A DNA stretch of 64,000 bases from NCBI GenBank assembly GCA_030390025.1, contig JASTWF010000033.1, positions 4,094,001 to 4,158,000 of the forward strand. Direction: 5' to 3'. The position numbers and the translations under genes were made by a program. The notes beneath the pieces are model-generated. The model did no database searches and had not been told where the DNA came from. It saw only the letters and a program-made list of their open reading frames with translations. Shown piece by piece: positions 41,601-56,319 of this stretch. Positions within the stretch are counted from its first letter, which is position 1. Every line of letters starts with the position of its first letter. Origin of the DNA: Squalus acanthias (lineage: Eukaryota).

Positions 41601-44600
41601 GTAAACAGTGAGGAGATTAGCGGACTTCAGGAGCACACAGACAGACTGGTGAAATGTAGTAAACAGTGAGGAGATTAACAGCCTTCAGGATCAAACAGAC
41701 AGACTGGTGAAATGTAGTAAACTGTTAGGAGATTAACAGCCTTCAGGATCACACAGACAGACTGGAGAAATGTAGTAAACAGTTAAGAGAGTAGCAGGCT
41801 TCAGGAGCACACAGACAGACTGGTGAAATGTAGAAAACGGTGAGGAGATTAACAGCCTTCAGGATCACACAGACAGACTGGTGAAATGTAGTAAACAGTT
41901 AAGAGAGTAGCAGGCTTCAGGAACACACAGACAGACTGGTGAAATGTAGTAAACAGTGAAGTGAGTAGCAGACTTCAGGAGCACACAGACAGACTGGTGA
42001 AATGCAGTAAACAGTGACGAGAGTAGCAGACTTCAGGAGCACACAGACAGACTGGTGAAATATAGTAAACAGTGAGGAGAGTAGCAGACTTCAGGTGCAC
42101 ACAGACAGACTGGTGAAATATAATAAACAGTGAGGAGAGTAGCAGACTTCAGGAGCACACAGACAGACTGCTGAAATGTAGTAAACAGTGAGCAGAGTAG
42201 CAGACTTCAGGAACACACAGACAGACTGGTGAAATATAGTAAACACTGAGGAGAGTAGCAGCCTTCAGGAGCACACAGACAGATTGGTGAAATGTAGCAA
42301 ACAGTAAGGAAAGTAGCAGACTTCAGGAGCACATAGACAGACTGGTGAAATGTAGTGAACAGTGAGGAGAGTAACAGACTTCAGGAGCACACAGACAGAC
42401 TGGTGAAATGTAGTTAACTGTGAGGAGAGTAACAGATTTCAGGAGCACACAGCCAGACTCGTGAAATGTAGTAAACAGTGAGGAGAGCAGCAGACTTCAG
42501 GAACAGACAGACAGACTGGAGAAATGTAGTAAACCGTGAAGAGAGTGCCAGACTTCAGGAGCACACAGACAGTCTGTTGAAATGTAGTAAACAGTGAGCA
42601 GAGCAGCAGACTTCAGGAGCACACAGACAGACTGATGAAATGTTGGAAAAAGTGAGGAGATTAGCAGACTACAGGAATACACAGACAGACTGTTGAAATG
42701 TAGTAAACAGTGAAGAGAGTAGCAGACTGCAGGAGCACACAGACAGACTGGTGAAATATAATAAACAGTGAGGAGAGTAGCAGACTTCAGGAGCACACAG
42801 ACAGACTGCTGAAATGTAGTAAACAGTGAGCAGAGTAGCAGACTTCAGGAACACACAGACAGACTGGTGAAATATAGTAAACACTGAGGAGAGTAGCAGC
42901 CTTCAGGAGCACACAGACAGATTGGTGAAATGTAGCAAACAGTAAGGAAAGTAGTAGACTTCAGGAGCACACAGTCAGACTGGTGAAATGTAGTAAACAT
43001 TGAGGAGAGTAGCAGACTTCAGGAGCACACAGACAGACTGGTGAAATGTAGTAAACAGTGAGGAGAGCAGCAGACTTCAGGAGCACAGACAGACTGGTGA
43101 AATGTAGTAAACATCGAGGAGAGCAGCAGACTTTAGGAGCACAGACAGTCTGTTGAAATGTAGTAAACAGTGAGGAGAGTAGCAGAATTCAGGAACACAC
43201 AGACAAACTGGTGAAATGTAGTAAACAGTGAGGAGAGTAGTAGACTTCAGGTGTACATAGACAGACATATTGAAATGTCGTAAACAGTGAGGAGAGTAGC
43301 AGACTTCAGGAGCACACAGACAGACTGGTGAAATGTAGTAAACAGTGAGGAGATTAGCGGACTTCAGGAGCACACAGACAGACTGGTGAAATGTAGTAAA
43401 CAGTGAGGAGATTAACAGCCTTCAGGATCACACAGACAGACTGGTGAAATGTAGTAAACTGTTAGGAGATTAACAGCCTTCAGGATCACACAGACAGACT
43501 GGAGAAATGTAGTAAACAGTTAAGAGAGTAGCAGGCTTCAGGAGCACACAGACAGACTGGTGAAATGTAGAAAACGGTGAGGAGATTAACAGCCTTCAGG
43601 ATCACACAGACAGACTGGTGAAATGTAGTAAACAGTTAAGAGAGTAGCAGGCTTCAGGAACACACAGACAGACTGGTGAAATGTAGTAAACAGTGAAGTG
43701 AGTAGCAGACTTCAGGAGCACACAGACAGACTGGTGAAATGCAGTAAACAGTGACGAGAGTAGCAGACTTCAGGAGCACACAGACAGACTGGTGAAATAT
43801 AGTAAACAGTGAGGAGAGTAGCAGACTTCAGGTGCACACAGACAGACTGGTGAAATATAATAAACAGTGAGGAGAGTAGCAGACTTCAGGAGCACACAGA
43901 CAGACTGCTGAAATGTAGTAAACAGTGAGCAGAGTAGCAGACTTCAGGAACACACAGACAGACTGGTGAAATATAGTAAACACTGAGGAGAGTAGCAGCC
44001 TTCAGGAGCACACAGACAGATTGGTGAAATGTAGCAAACAGTAAGGAAAGTAGCAGACTTCAGGAGCACATAGACAGACTGGTGAAATGTAGTGAACAGT
44101 GAGGAGAGTAACAGACTTCAGGAGCACACAGACAGACTGGTGAAATGTAGTTAACTGTGAGGAGAGTAACAGATTTCAGGAGCACACAGACAGACTCGTG
44201 AAATGTAGTAAACAGTGAGGAGAGCAGCAGACTTCAGGAACAGACAGACAGACTGGAGAAATGTAGTAAACCGTGAAGAGAGTGCCAGACTTCAGGAGCA
44301 CACAGACAGTCTGTTGAAATGTAGTAAACAGTGAGCAGAGCAGCAGACTTCAGGAGCACACAGACAGACTGATGAAATGTTGGAAAAAGTGAGGAGATTA
44401 GCAGACTACAGGAATACACAGACAGACTGTTGAAATGTAGTAAACAGTGAAGAGAGTAGCAGACTGCAGGAGCACACAGACAGACTGGTGAAATATAATA
44501 AACAGTGAGGAGAGTAGCAGACTTCAGGAGCACACAGACAGACTGCTGAAATGTAGTAAACAGTGAGCAGAGTAGCAGACTTCAGGAACACACAGACAGA

Positions 44601-47600
44601 CTGGTGAAATATAGTAAACACTGAGGAGAGTAGCAGCCTTCAGGAGCACACAGACAGATTGGTGAAATGTAGCAAACAGTAAGGAAAGTAGCAGACTTCA
44701 GGAGCACATAGACAGACTGGTGAAATGTAGTGAACAGTGAGGAGAGTAACAGACTTCAGGAGCACACAGACAGACTGGTGAAATGTAGTTAACTGTGAGG
44801 AGAGTAACAGATTTCAGGAGCACACAGACAGACTCGTGAAATGTAGTAAACAGTGAGGAGAGCAGCAGACTTCAGGAACAGACAGGCAGACTGGAGAAAT
44901 GTAGTAAACCGTGAAGAGAGTGCCAGACTTCAGGAGCACACAGACAGTCTGTTGAAATGTAGTAAACAGTGAGCAGAGCAGCAGACTTCAGGAGCACACA
45001 GACAGACTGATGAAATGTTGGAAAAAGTGAGGAGATTAGCAGACTACAGGAATACACAGACAGACTGTTGAAATGTAGTAAACAGTGAAGAGAGTAGCAG
45101 ACTGCAGGAGCACAGACAGACTGATGAAATGCAGTAAACAGTGAGCAGATTAACAGCCTTCAGGCGCACACAGACAGACAGCTGAGATGCAGTAAACAGT
45201 GAAGAGAGTAGCAGACTTCAGGAGCACAGACAGACTGGTGAAATGTAGTAAACAGTGAAGAGAGCAGCAGATTTCAGTTGCACACAGACAGACTGGTGAA
45301 ATGTAGTAAACAGTGAGGAGATTAGCAGACTTCAGGAGCACACAGACAGACTGGTGAAATGTAGTAAACAGTGAGGAGATCAACAGACTTCAGGAGCACA
45401 GACAGACTGGTGAAATGTAGTAAAAATGAGGAGAGTCTAAGACTTCAGGAGCACACAGACAGACTGGCGAAATGTAATATACCGTTTGGAGAGTAACAGA
45501 CTTCACGAGCACATAGACAGACTGGTGGAATTTAGTAAACAGTGAGGAGAGCAGCAGACTTCAGGAGCACACAGACAGACTGGTGAAATGTAGTAAACAG
45601 TGAAGAGAGTACCAGACTTCAGGAGCACACAGACAGACTGGTGAAATGTAGTAAACAGTGAGGAGAGTAGTAGACTTTCGGAGCACAGACAGTCTGCTGA
45701 AATGTAGTAAACAGTGAGCAGAGCAGCAGACTTCGGGAGCACACAGACAGACTGGTGAAATGTAGGAAAAAGAGAGGAGATTAGCAGACTACAGGAATAC
45801 ACAGACAGACTGTTGAAATGTAGTAAACAGTGAAGAGAGTAGCAGACTGCAGGAGCACAGACAGACTGATGAAATGCAGTAAACAGTGAGCAGATTAACA
45901 GCCTTCAGGCGCACACAGACAGACAGCTGAGATGCAGTAAACAGTGAAGAGAGTAGCAGACTTCAGGAGCACAGACAGACTGGTGAAATGTAGTAAACAG
46001 TGAAGAGAGCAGCAGATTTCAGTTGCACACAGACAGACTGGTGAAATGTAGTAAACAGTGAGGAGATTAGCAGACTTCAGGAGCACACAGACAGACTGGT
46101 GAAATGTAGTAAACAGTGAGGAGATCAACAGACTTCAGGAGCACAGACAGACTGGTGAAATGTAGTAAAAATGAGGAGAGTCTAAGACTTCAGGAGCACA
46201 CAGACAGACTGGCGAAATGTAATATACCGTTTGGAGAGTAACAGACTTCACGAGCACATAGACAGACTGGTGGAATTTAGTAAACAGTGAGGAGAGCAGC
46301 AGACTTCAGGAGCACACAGACAGACTGGTGAAATGTAGTAAACAGTGAAGAGAGTACCAGACTTCAGGAGCACACAGACAGACTGGTGAAATGTAGTAAA
46401 CAGTGAGGAGAGTAGTAGACTTTCGGAGCACAGACAGTCTGCTGAAATGTAGTAAACAGTGAGCAGAGCAGCAGACTTCGGGAGCACACAGACAGACTGG
46501 TGAAATGTAGGAAAAAGAGAGGAGATTAGCAGACTACAGGAACACACAGACAGACTGTTGAGATGTAGTACACATTGAAGAGAGTAGCAGACTTCAGGAG
46601 CACAGACAGACTGGTGAAATGTAGCAAAAATGAGGAGAATCTAAGACTTGAGGAGCACACAGACAGACTGGAAAAATATAGTAAACAGTGAGGAGAGCAG
46701 CAGACTGCAGAAGCACACAGATAGACTGGCGAAATGTAATATACAGTTTGGAGAGTAACAGACTTCAGGAGCACATAGACAGACTGGTGAAATATAGTAA
46801 ACACTGAGGAGAGTAACAGATTTCAGGAGCACACAGACAGACTGGTGAAACGTAGTAAACAGTGAAGAGAGTACCAGACTTCAGCAGCACACAGACAGAC
46901 TCGTGAAATGTAGTAAACAGTGAGGAGAGCAGCAGACTTCAGGAGCACACAAACAGACTGGTGAAATGTAGCAAACAGTGAGGAAAGTAGCAGACTTCAG
47001 GAGCACACAGACAGACTGGTGAAATGTAGTAAACAGTGAGGAGAGTAACAGACTTCAGGAGCACAGACAGCCTGCTCAAATGTAGTAAACAGTGAGGAGA
47101 GTAGCAGTCTTCAGGAGCAAACAGATAGACTGGTGAAATGTCGGAAACAGTGAGGAGAGCATCAGACTTCAGGAGGACACAGAGAGACTGGTGAAATGTA
47201 GTAAAAGTGAGGAGAGTACCAGACTTCAGGAACACACAGACAGACTGGTGAAATGTAGTAAACACTGAGGAGAGTAGCAGACTTCAGGAGCACACAAACA
47301 GACTGGTGAAATGTAGCAAACAGTGAGGAAAGTAGCAGACTTCAGGAGCACACAGACAGACTGGTGAAATGTAGTAAACATTGAGGAGAGTAGCAGACTT
47401 CAGGAGCACACAGACAGACTGGTGAAATGTAGTAAACAGTGAGGAGAGCAGCAGACTTCAGGAGCACAGACAGACTGGTGAACTGTAGTAATCATCGAGG
47501 AGAGCAGCAGACTTTAGGAGCACAGACAGTCTGTTGAAATGTAGTAAACAGTGAGGAGAGTAGCAGAATTCAGGAACACACAGACAAACTGGTGAAATGT

Positions 47601-50600
47601 AGTAAACAGTGAGGAGAGTAGTAGACTTCAGGTGTACATAGACAGACATATTGAAATGTCGTAAACAGTGAGGAGAGTAGCAGACTTCAGGAGCACACAG
47701 ACAGACTGGTGAAATGTAGTAAACAGTGAGGAGATTAGCGGACTTCAGGAGCACACAGACAGACTGGTGAAATGTAGTAAACAGTGAGGAGATTAACAGC
47801 CTTCAGGATCAAACAGAAAGACTGGTGAAATGTAGTAAACTGTTAGGAGATAAACAGCCTTCAGGATCACACAGACAGACTGGAGAAATGTAGTAAACAG
47901 TTAAGAGAGTAGCAGGCTTCAGGAGCACACAGACAGACTGGTGAAATGTAGTAAACGGTGAGGAGATTAACAGCCTTCAGGATCACACAGACAGACTGGT
48001 GAAATCTAGTAAACAGTTAAGAGAGTAGCAGGCTTCAGGAACACACAGACAGACTGGTGAAATGTAGTAAACAGTGAAGTGAGTAGCAGACTTCAGGAGC
48101 ACACAGACAGACTGGTGAAATGCAGTAAACAGTGACGAGAGAAGCAGACTTCAGGAGCACACAGACAGACTGGTGAAATATAGTAAACAGTGAGGAGAGT
48201 AGCAGACTTCAGGTGCACACAGACAGACTGGTGAAATATAATAAACAGTGAGGAGAGTAGCAGACTTCAGGAGCACACAGACAGACTGCTGAAATGTAGT
48301 AAACAGTGAGCAGAGTAGCAGACTTCAGGAACACACAGACAGACTGGTGAAATATAGTAAACACTGAGGAGAGTAGCAGCCTTCAGGAGCACACAGACAG
48401 ATTGGTGAAATGTAGCAAACAGTAAGGAAAGTAGCAGACTTCAGGAGCACATAGACAGACTGGTGAAATGTAGTGAACAGTGAGGAGAGTAACAGACTTC
48501 AGGAGCACACAGACAGACTCGTGAAATGTAGTAAACAGTGAGGAGAGCAGCAGACTTCAGGAACAGACAGACAGACTGGAGAAATGTAGTAAACAGTGAA
48601 GAGAGTGCCAGACTTCAGGAGCGCACAGACAGTCTGTTGAAATGTAGTAAACAGTGAGCAGAGCAGCAGACTTCAGGAGCACACAGACAGACTGATGAAA
48701 TGAAGTAAACAGTGAGGAGAGGAGCAGAATACAGGAATACACAGACAGCCTGTTGAAATGTAGTAAACAGTGAAGAGAGTAGCAGACTGCAGGGGCACAG
48801 ACAGACTGGTGAAATGCAGTAAACAGTGAGCAGATTAACAGCCTTCAGGCGCACACAGACAGACAGCTGAGATGCAGTAAACAGTGAAGAGAGTAGCAGA
48901 CTTCAGGAGCACAGACAGACTGGTGAAATGTTGTAAACATTGAAGAGAGCAGCAGATTTCAGTTGCACACAGACAGACTGGTGAAATGTAGTAAACAGTG
49001 AGGAGATTAGCAGACTTCAGGAGCACACAGACAGACTGGTGAAATGTAGTAAACAGTGAGGAGATCAACAGACTTCAGGAGCACAGACAGACTGGTGAAA
49101 TGTAGTAAAAATGAGGAGAGTCTAAGACTTCAGGAGCACACAGACAGACTGGCGAAATGTAATATACCGTTTGGAGAGTAACAGACTTCACGAGCACACA
49201 GACAGTCTGGTGGAATTTAGTAAACAGTGAGGAGAGCAGCAGACTTCAGGAGCACACAGACAGACTGGTGAAATGTAGTAAACAGTGAAGAGAGTACCAG
49301 ACTTCAGGAGCACACAGACAGACTGGTGAAATGTAGTAAACAATGAGGAGAGTAGTAGACTTTCGGAGCACAGACAGTCTGCTGAAATGTAGTAAACAGT
49401 GAGCAGAGCAGCAGACTTCGGGAGCACACAGACAGACTGGTGAAATGTAGGAAAAAGAGAGGAGATTAGCAGACTACAGGAACACACAGACAGACTGTTG
49501 AGATGTAGTACACATTGAAGAGAGTAGCAGACTTCAGGAGCACAGACAGACTGGTGAAATGTAGCAAAAATTAGGAGAATCTAAGACTTGAGGAGCACAC
49601 AGACAGACTGGAAAAATAAAGTAAACAGTGAGGAGAGCAGCAGACTGCAGAAGCACACAGATAGACTGGCGAAATGTAATATACAGTTTGGAGAGTAACA
49701 GACTTCAGGAGCACATAGACAGACTGGTGAAATGTAGTGAGCAGTGAGGAGAGAAGCAGACTTCAGGAGCTAACAGACAGACTGGTGAAATGTAGTAAAC
49801 AGTGAGGAGAGTAACAGACTTCAGGAGCACACAGACAGACTGGTGAAATGTTGTAATCAGTGAGGAGAGTAACAGACTTCAGGAGCACACAGATAGACTG
49901 GTGAAATGCAGTAACAGTGAGGAGAGTAGTCGAATTCAGGAGCACACAGACAGCCTGGTGAAATGCAGCAAACAGTGAGGAGATTAGCAGAATTCAGACG
50001 CAAACAGACAGACTGGTGAAATGTAGTAAACAGTGAGGAGAGTATCAGACTTCAGGAGCACACAGACAGACTGCTGAAATGTAGTAAACAGTGAGGAGAG
50101 TAACAGATTTCAAGAGCACAAAGACAGTCTGGTGAAATGTAGTAAACATTGAGGAGAGTACCAGAGTTCAGGAGCACACAGAGAGACTTGTGAAATGTAG
50201 TAAACTGTGAGGAGAGCAGCAGACTTCAGGAACAGACAGACAACCATGTGAAATGTAGTAAACAGTGAGGAGAGCAGCAGACTTCAGGAGCACACAGACA
50301 GACTGGTGAAATGTAGCAAACTGTGAAGAGAGTACCAGACTTCAGGAGCACACAGACAGACTGGTGAAATGTAATAAACAGTGAGGAGAGTACTAGACTT
50401 TCGGAGCACAGACAGTCAGCTGAAATGTAGTAAACAGTGAGCAGAGCAGCAGACTTCAGGAACACACAGACAGACTGGTGAAATGTAGTAAACAGTGAGG
50501 AGAGTAGCAGAGTTCAGGATCACTCAGAGAGACTGGTGAAATGTAGTAAAGAGTGAGGAGATAAGCAGACTTCAGGAGCACACAGACAGACTGGTGAAAT

Positions 50601-53600
50601 GTAGTAAACAGTGAGGAGATCAGCAGACTTCGGAAGCACAGACAGACTGGTGAAATGTAGTAAAGAGTGAGGAGATTAGCAGACTTCAGGAGCACACAGA
50701 CAGACTGGTGAAATGTAGTAAACAGTGAGGAGAGAAACAGACTTCAGGAAGACACAGACAGACTGGTGAAATGTAGCAAACAGTGAGGAAAGTAGCAGAC
50801 TTCAGGAGCACATAGACAGACTGGTGAAATGTAGTGAACAGTGAGGAGAGTAACAGATTTCAGGAGCACACAGACAGTCTGGTGAAATGCAGTAAACAGT
50901 GAGGAGAGTAGCAGACTTCAGGAACAGACAGACAGAATGGTGAAATGTAGTAAACAGTGAGGAGAGTAGCAGACCTCAGGATCACAGAGGCAGACTGGTG
51001 AAATGAAGTAAACAGTGAGGAGAGTAGCAGAATTCAGGAGCACACAGACAGAGTAGTGAAATGTTGTAAACAGTGAGGAGAGCAGCAGACTTCAGGAACA
51101 CCCAGACAGACTGGTGAAATGTAGTAAACAGTGAGGAGAGTGGCAGACTTCAGGAACAGACAGACAGACTGGTGAAATGTAGTAAACAGTGAGGAGAGTA
51201 ACAGACCTCAGGATCACACAGACAGACTGGTGCAATGCAATAAACAGTGAGGAGAGTAGCAGACTTCAGGAGCAAACAGACAGACTGGTGAAATGTAGTA
51301 AAGAGTGAGGAGAGTAGCAGACTTCAGTTGCACACAGACAGACTGGTGAAATGTGGTAAACAGTGAGGAGATTAGCAGACTTCGGGAGCACAGACAGACT
51401 GGTGAAATGTAGTAAAAAGTGAGGAGAGTCGCAGACTTCAAGAGCACACAGACAGACTGGTGAAATATAGTAAGCAGTGGGGAGAGTAGCAGAATTCAGG
51501 ATCACTCAGAGAGACTGGTGAAATGTAGTAAAGAGTGAGGAGATAAGCAGACTTCAGGAGCACACAGACAGACTGGTGAAATGTAGTAAACAGTGAGGAG
51601 ATCAGAAGACTTCAGTTGCACACAGACAGACTGGTGAAATGTGGTAAACAGTGAGGAGATTAGCAGACTTCGGGAGCACAGACAGACTGGTGAAATGTAG
51701 TAAAAAGTGAGGAGAGTCGCAGACTTCAAGAGCACACAGACACACTGGTGAAATGCAGCAAACAGTGAGGAGGTTAGCAGAATTCAGATGCAAACAAACA
51801 GACTGGTGAAATGTCGTAAAAGGTGAGGAGTGTAACAGACTTCAGGAGCACAGAGACAGACTGGTGCAATGCAGTAAACAGTGAGGAGAGCAGCAGACTT
51901 CAGGAACAGACAGACAGGCTGGTGAATTGTAGTAAACAGTGAGGAGAGTATCAGACTTCCGGAGCACACAGACAGACTGGGAAATGTAGTAAACTTTGAG
52001 GAGAGTATCAGACTTCAGGAGCACACAGAAAGACTGGTGAAATATAGTAAACAGTGAGGAGATCAGCAGACTTCAGGAGCACAGACAGACTGGTGAAATG
52101 TAGTAAACAGTGAGGACAGTAACAGACTTCAGGAGCACACAGACTGACTGGTGAAATGTAGTAAACAGTGAGGAGAGTAGCAGACTTCAGGAGCTCATAG
52201 ATAGACTGGTGAAATGTTGTAATCAGTGAGGAGAGTAACAGACTTAAGGAGCATACAGATAGACTGGTGAAATGCAGTAACAGTGAGGAGAGTAGTCGAA
52301 TTCAGGAGCACACAGACAGCCTGGTGAAATTCAGCAAACAGTGAGGAGATTAGCAGTATTCAGACGCAAACAGACAGACTGGTGAAATGTCGTAAAAAGT
52401 GAGGAGAGTAACAGACTTCAGGAGCACACAGACAGACTGGTGAAATATAGTAAGCAGTGAGGAGAGTAGCAGAATTCAGGATCACTCAGAGAGACTGGTG
52501 AAATGTAGTAAAGAGTGAGGAGATAAGCAGACTTCAGGAGCACACAGACAGACTGGTGAAATGTAGTAAACAGTGAGGAGATCAGAAGACTTCAGTTGCA
52601 CACAGACAGACTGGTGAAATGTGGTAAACAGTGAGGAGAGGAGCAGACTTCAGGAACAGACAGACAGACTGGTGAAATGTAGTAAACAGTGAGTAGAGTA
52701 TCAGACTTCCGGAGCACACAGACAGACTGGTGAAATGTATTAAAATTTGAGGAGAGTATCAGACTTCAGGAGCACACAGACAGACTGGTGAAATATAATC
52801 AACACTGAGGAGAGTAGCAGACTTCAGGAGCACACAGACAGACTGGTGAAATGTAGCAAACAGTGAGGAAAGTAGCAGACTTCAGGAGCACATAGACAGA
52901 CTGGTGAAATGTAGTGAACAGTGAGGAGAGCAGCAGACTTCAGGAACAGACAGACAGATTGGTGAAATGTAGTAAAGAGTGAGGAGTGTAGCAGACCTCA
53001 GTATCACACAGGCAGACTTGTGAAATGTAGTAAACAGTGAGGAGAGTAGCAGACTTCAAAGACACAGACAGACTAGTGAAATGTAGTAAACAGTGAGGAG
53101 AGTAGCAGACTTCAGGAACACCCAGACAGACTGGTGAAATGTAGTAAACAGTGAGGAGAGTGGCAGACTTCAGGAACAGACAGACAGACTGGTGAAATGT
53201 AGTAAACATTGAGGAGAGTAGCAGACCTCAGGATCACACGGACAGACTGGTGCAATGCAATAAACAGTGAGGAGAGTAGCAGACTTCAGGAGCACACAGA
53301 CAGACTGATGAAATGTAGTAAACAGTGAAGAGAGTACCAGACTTCAGGAGCACACAGACAGACTCGTGAAATGTAGTAAACATTGAGGAGAGTAGCAGAC
53401 CTCAGGATCACACGGACAGACTGGTGAAATGTAGTAAATAGTGAGGAGAGTAGCAGACTTCAGGAGCACTCAGACAGACTGGTGAAATGTAGTAAACAGT
53501 GAGGAGAGTAGCAGAATTCAGGAGCACAGACAGATTGGTGAAATGCAGTAAACAGTGAGGAGAGTAGCAGACTTCAGGAGCACACAGACAGACTGGTGAA

Positions 53601-54582
53601 ATGCAGTAAACAGTGAGGAGAGTAGCAGACTTCAGGAGCACACAGACAGACTGGTGATATGCAGTAAACGGTGAGCGGAGTAGCAGACTTCAGGAGCACA
53701 CAGACAGACTGTTGAAATGCAGTAAAGAGTGAGGAGATTAGCAGATTCAGGAGCTCACAGACAGACTGGGGAAATGTAGTAAACAGTGAGGAGATTAGCA
53801 GAATTCAGGAGAACTTACAGACTGGTAAAATGTCGTAAACAGTGAGGAGAGTAACAGACTTCAGGAGCACATAGAAAGACTGGTGAAATGTTGTAAACAG
53901 TGAGGAGAGTATCAGACTTCAGGAGCACACAGACAGACTGGTAAAATGTAGTAAACAGTGAGGAGAGTAACAGACTTCAGGAGCACATAGAAAGACTGGT
54001 GAAATGTTGTAAACAGTGAGGAGAGTATCAGACTTCAGGAGCACACAGACAGACGGGTGAAATGTAGTAAACAGTGAGGAGAGTAACAGACTTCAGGAGC
54101 ACACAGACAGACTAGTGAAATGTAATAAACTGTGAGGAGATTAGCAGGCTTCAGGAGCACACAGACAAACTGGTGAAATGTAGTAAACATTGAGGAAAGT
54201 AGCAGACTTCAGGAGCACATAGAAAGACTGGTGAAATGTAGTAAACAGTGAGGAGAGTAGCAGACTTCAAGAGCACCCAGACAGACTGGTGAAATGTATT
54301 AAAGAGTGAGGAGAGTAGCAGACTTCAGGAGCACATAGATACACTGGTGAAATGTAGTAAACAGTGAGGCGAGTAACAGACTTCAGGAGCACATAGAAAG
54401 ACTGGTGAAATGTAGTAAACAGTGAGGAGAGTAGCAGACTTCAGGAGCACACAGACAGACGGGTGAAATGTAGTAAACAGTGAGGAGAGTAACAGACTTC
54501 AGGAGCACACAGACAGACTGGAGAAATGTAATAAACTGTGAGGAGATTAGCAGACTTCAGGAGCACATAGAAAGACTGGTGA
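26671..54582 (+). repeat. Satellite B: head-to-tail array of 58-bp monomers with 56-bp variants, roughly 480-490 copies
   Basis: Consensus AAATGTAGTAAACAGTGAGGAGAGTAGCAGACTTCAGGAGCACACAGACAGACTGGTG is 40/58 purine on + with no consensus CpG. The 56-mer lacks one CA. Monomers are more variable than in satellite A. Confidence 0.99.
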
Positions 54583-56319
54583 TACATAGAAACATAGAAA
54601 CATAGAAAATAGGTGCAGGAGTCGACCATTCGGTCCTTCGAACCTGCACCGCCATTCAATGCGTTCATGGCTGAACATGCTACCTCAGTACCCCATTCCT
54701 GCTTTCTCGCCATACCCCTTGATCCCCCTAGTTGTGAGTATTATATCTAACTCCTTTTTCGATATATTTAGCGAACTGGCCTCAACAACCTTCTGTGGTA
54801 GAGAATTCCACAGATTCACCACTCATGGGTGAAGAAGTTCCTCCTCATCTCAGTCTTAAATGGCTTCCCCTTTATCCTTAGACTGTGACCCCTGGTTTTA
54901 GTTTTCTCTAACATTGGAAACATTCTGCCCGCATCTAATTTGTCGAAACCAGTCAGGATTTTAAACGTCTCTATAAGATCCCCCCTCATTCTTCTGAACT
55001 CCAGAGGATACAAGTTCAGCTGATCCAGTCTTTCTTGATATGTCAGTCTGGCCATCCCAGGAATCAATCTAGTGAACCTTCGTTGCACTCCCTCAATAGC
55101 AAGAATGTCCTTCCTCAAGTTAGGAGACCAAAACTGCACACAATACTCCAGGTGTGGCCTCACCAAGGCCCAGTACAACTGTAGCATCACCTCCCTACTC
55201 CTGTACTCAAATACCCTTGCTATGAAGGCCATCATGCCATTTGCTTTCTTGACTGCCTGCTGCCCTTGCCTTCCCACCTTCAGTGACTGATGTACCATGA
55301 CGCCCAGGTGTCGTTGCACCTCCCCTTTCCCTAATCTGCCACCATTCAGGTAATAGTCTGCCTCCCTATTTTTACCACCAAAGTGGATAACCTCACATTT
55401 ATCCACATTGTACTTCATCTGCCATACATTTGCCCATTCACCCAACCTGTCCAAGTCACTCTGTAGCCTCCTAGCATTCTCCTCATTGTTCACACTGCCT
55501 CCCAATTTAGTGTCATCCGCAAAATTTGGAGATATTACAATTAATCCCTTCGTCCAAATCATTAATATATAATGTAAACAGCTGGGGCCCCAGCACCGAA
55601 CCCTGCGGTAACCCGCTGGTCACTGCCTGCCATTCTGAAAAGTACCCATTTACTCCTACTCTTTGTTTCCTGTGTGCCAACCAGTTCTCAATCCACGTCA
55701 ACACATTACCCCCAATCCCATGTGCATTAACTTTGTACACCAATCTCTTGTGTGGGACCTTGTCGAAGGCCTTCTGAAAGTCCAAATACACCACATCAAC
55801 TGGTTCCCACCCGTCCACCCTATTGGAAACATCCTCAAAAAATTCCAGAAGATTTGTCAAGCATGATTTCCCTTTCACAAATCCATGCTGACTTGGGCCT
55901 ATCATGTCGCCATTTTCCAAATGGTCTGTTATGACATCTTTAATAATTGATTCCATCATTTTACCCACCACCGATGTCAGGCTAACCGGTCTATAATTCC
56001 CTGCTTTCTCGCTCCCTCCTTTTTAAAAAAGACGGGTTACATTAGCCACCCTCCACTCCTTCGGAACTGATCCAGAGTCTAAGGAATGTTGGAAAATGAT
56101 CGTCAATGCATCCTTTATTTCCAAGGCCGCCTCCTTAAGTACTCTGGGATGCAGACCATCAGGCCCTGGGGATTTATCAGCCTTCAGTCCCATCAATTTC
56201 CCCAACAACTTTTCCCGACTGATAAGGATTTCCCTCAGCTCCTCCCTCTTACCAGATCCTTTGATCTCTTTTATTTCCGGAAGGTTGTTTGCGTCCTCCA
56301 CAGTAAACACCGAACCAAA

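Noticed and set aside
1..54582. CRISPR-like array
   Set aside because: Monomers are contiguous with no unique spacers, there are no cas genes, and the context is vertebrate.
26671..54582. Tandem hammerhead ribozymes (CTGGTGA, variant CTGATGA, followed by a weak AATGT/ACAGT stem; occasional GAAA variant)
   Set aside because: The consensus has GAGG where GAAA is required, CUGANGA occurs only as a rare variant, and the would-be stem I arms (CAGACAGA, CAGGAGCA) are not complementary. An Infernal hammerhead search would settle it.
26671..54582. Many 60-120 aa minus-strand ORFs (LLKSATLLTVYYISPVCLC...)
   Set aside because: The 58-bp period cycles through frames, and the ORFs are short satellite read-through with alternative start codons. 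The VYY similarity to immunoglobulin V ends is coincidental.
1..54582. Nucleosome-length trimers (3x60=180, 3x58=174)
   Set aside because: No trimer periodicity is visible in the variants; numerical coincidence only.
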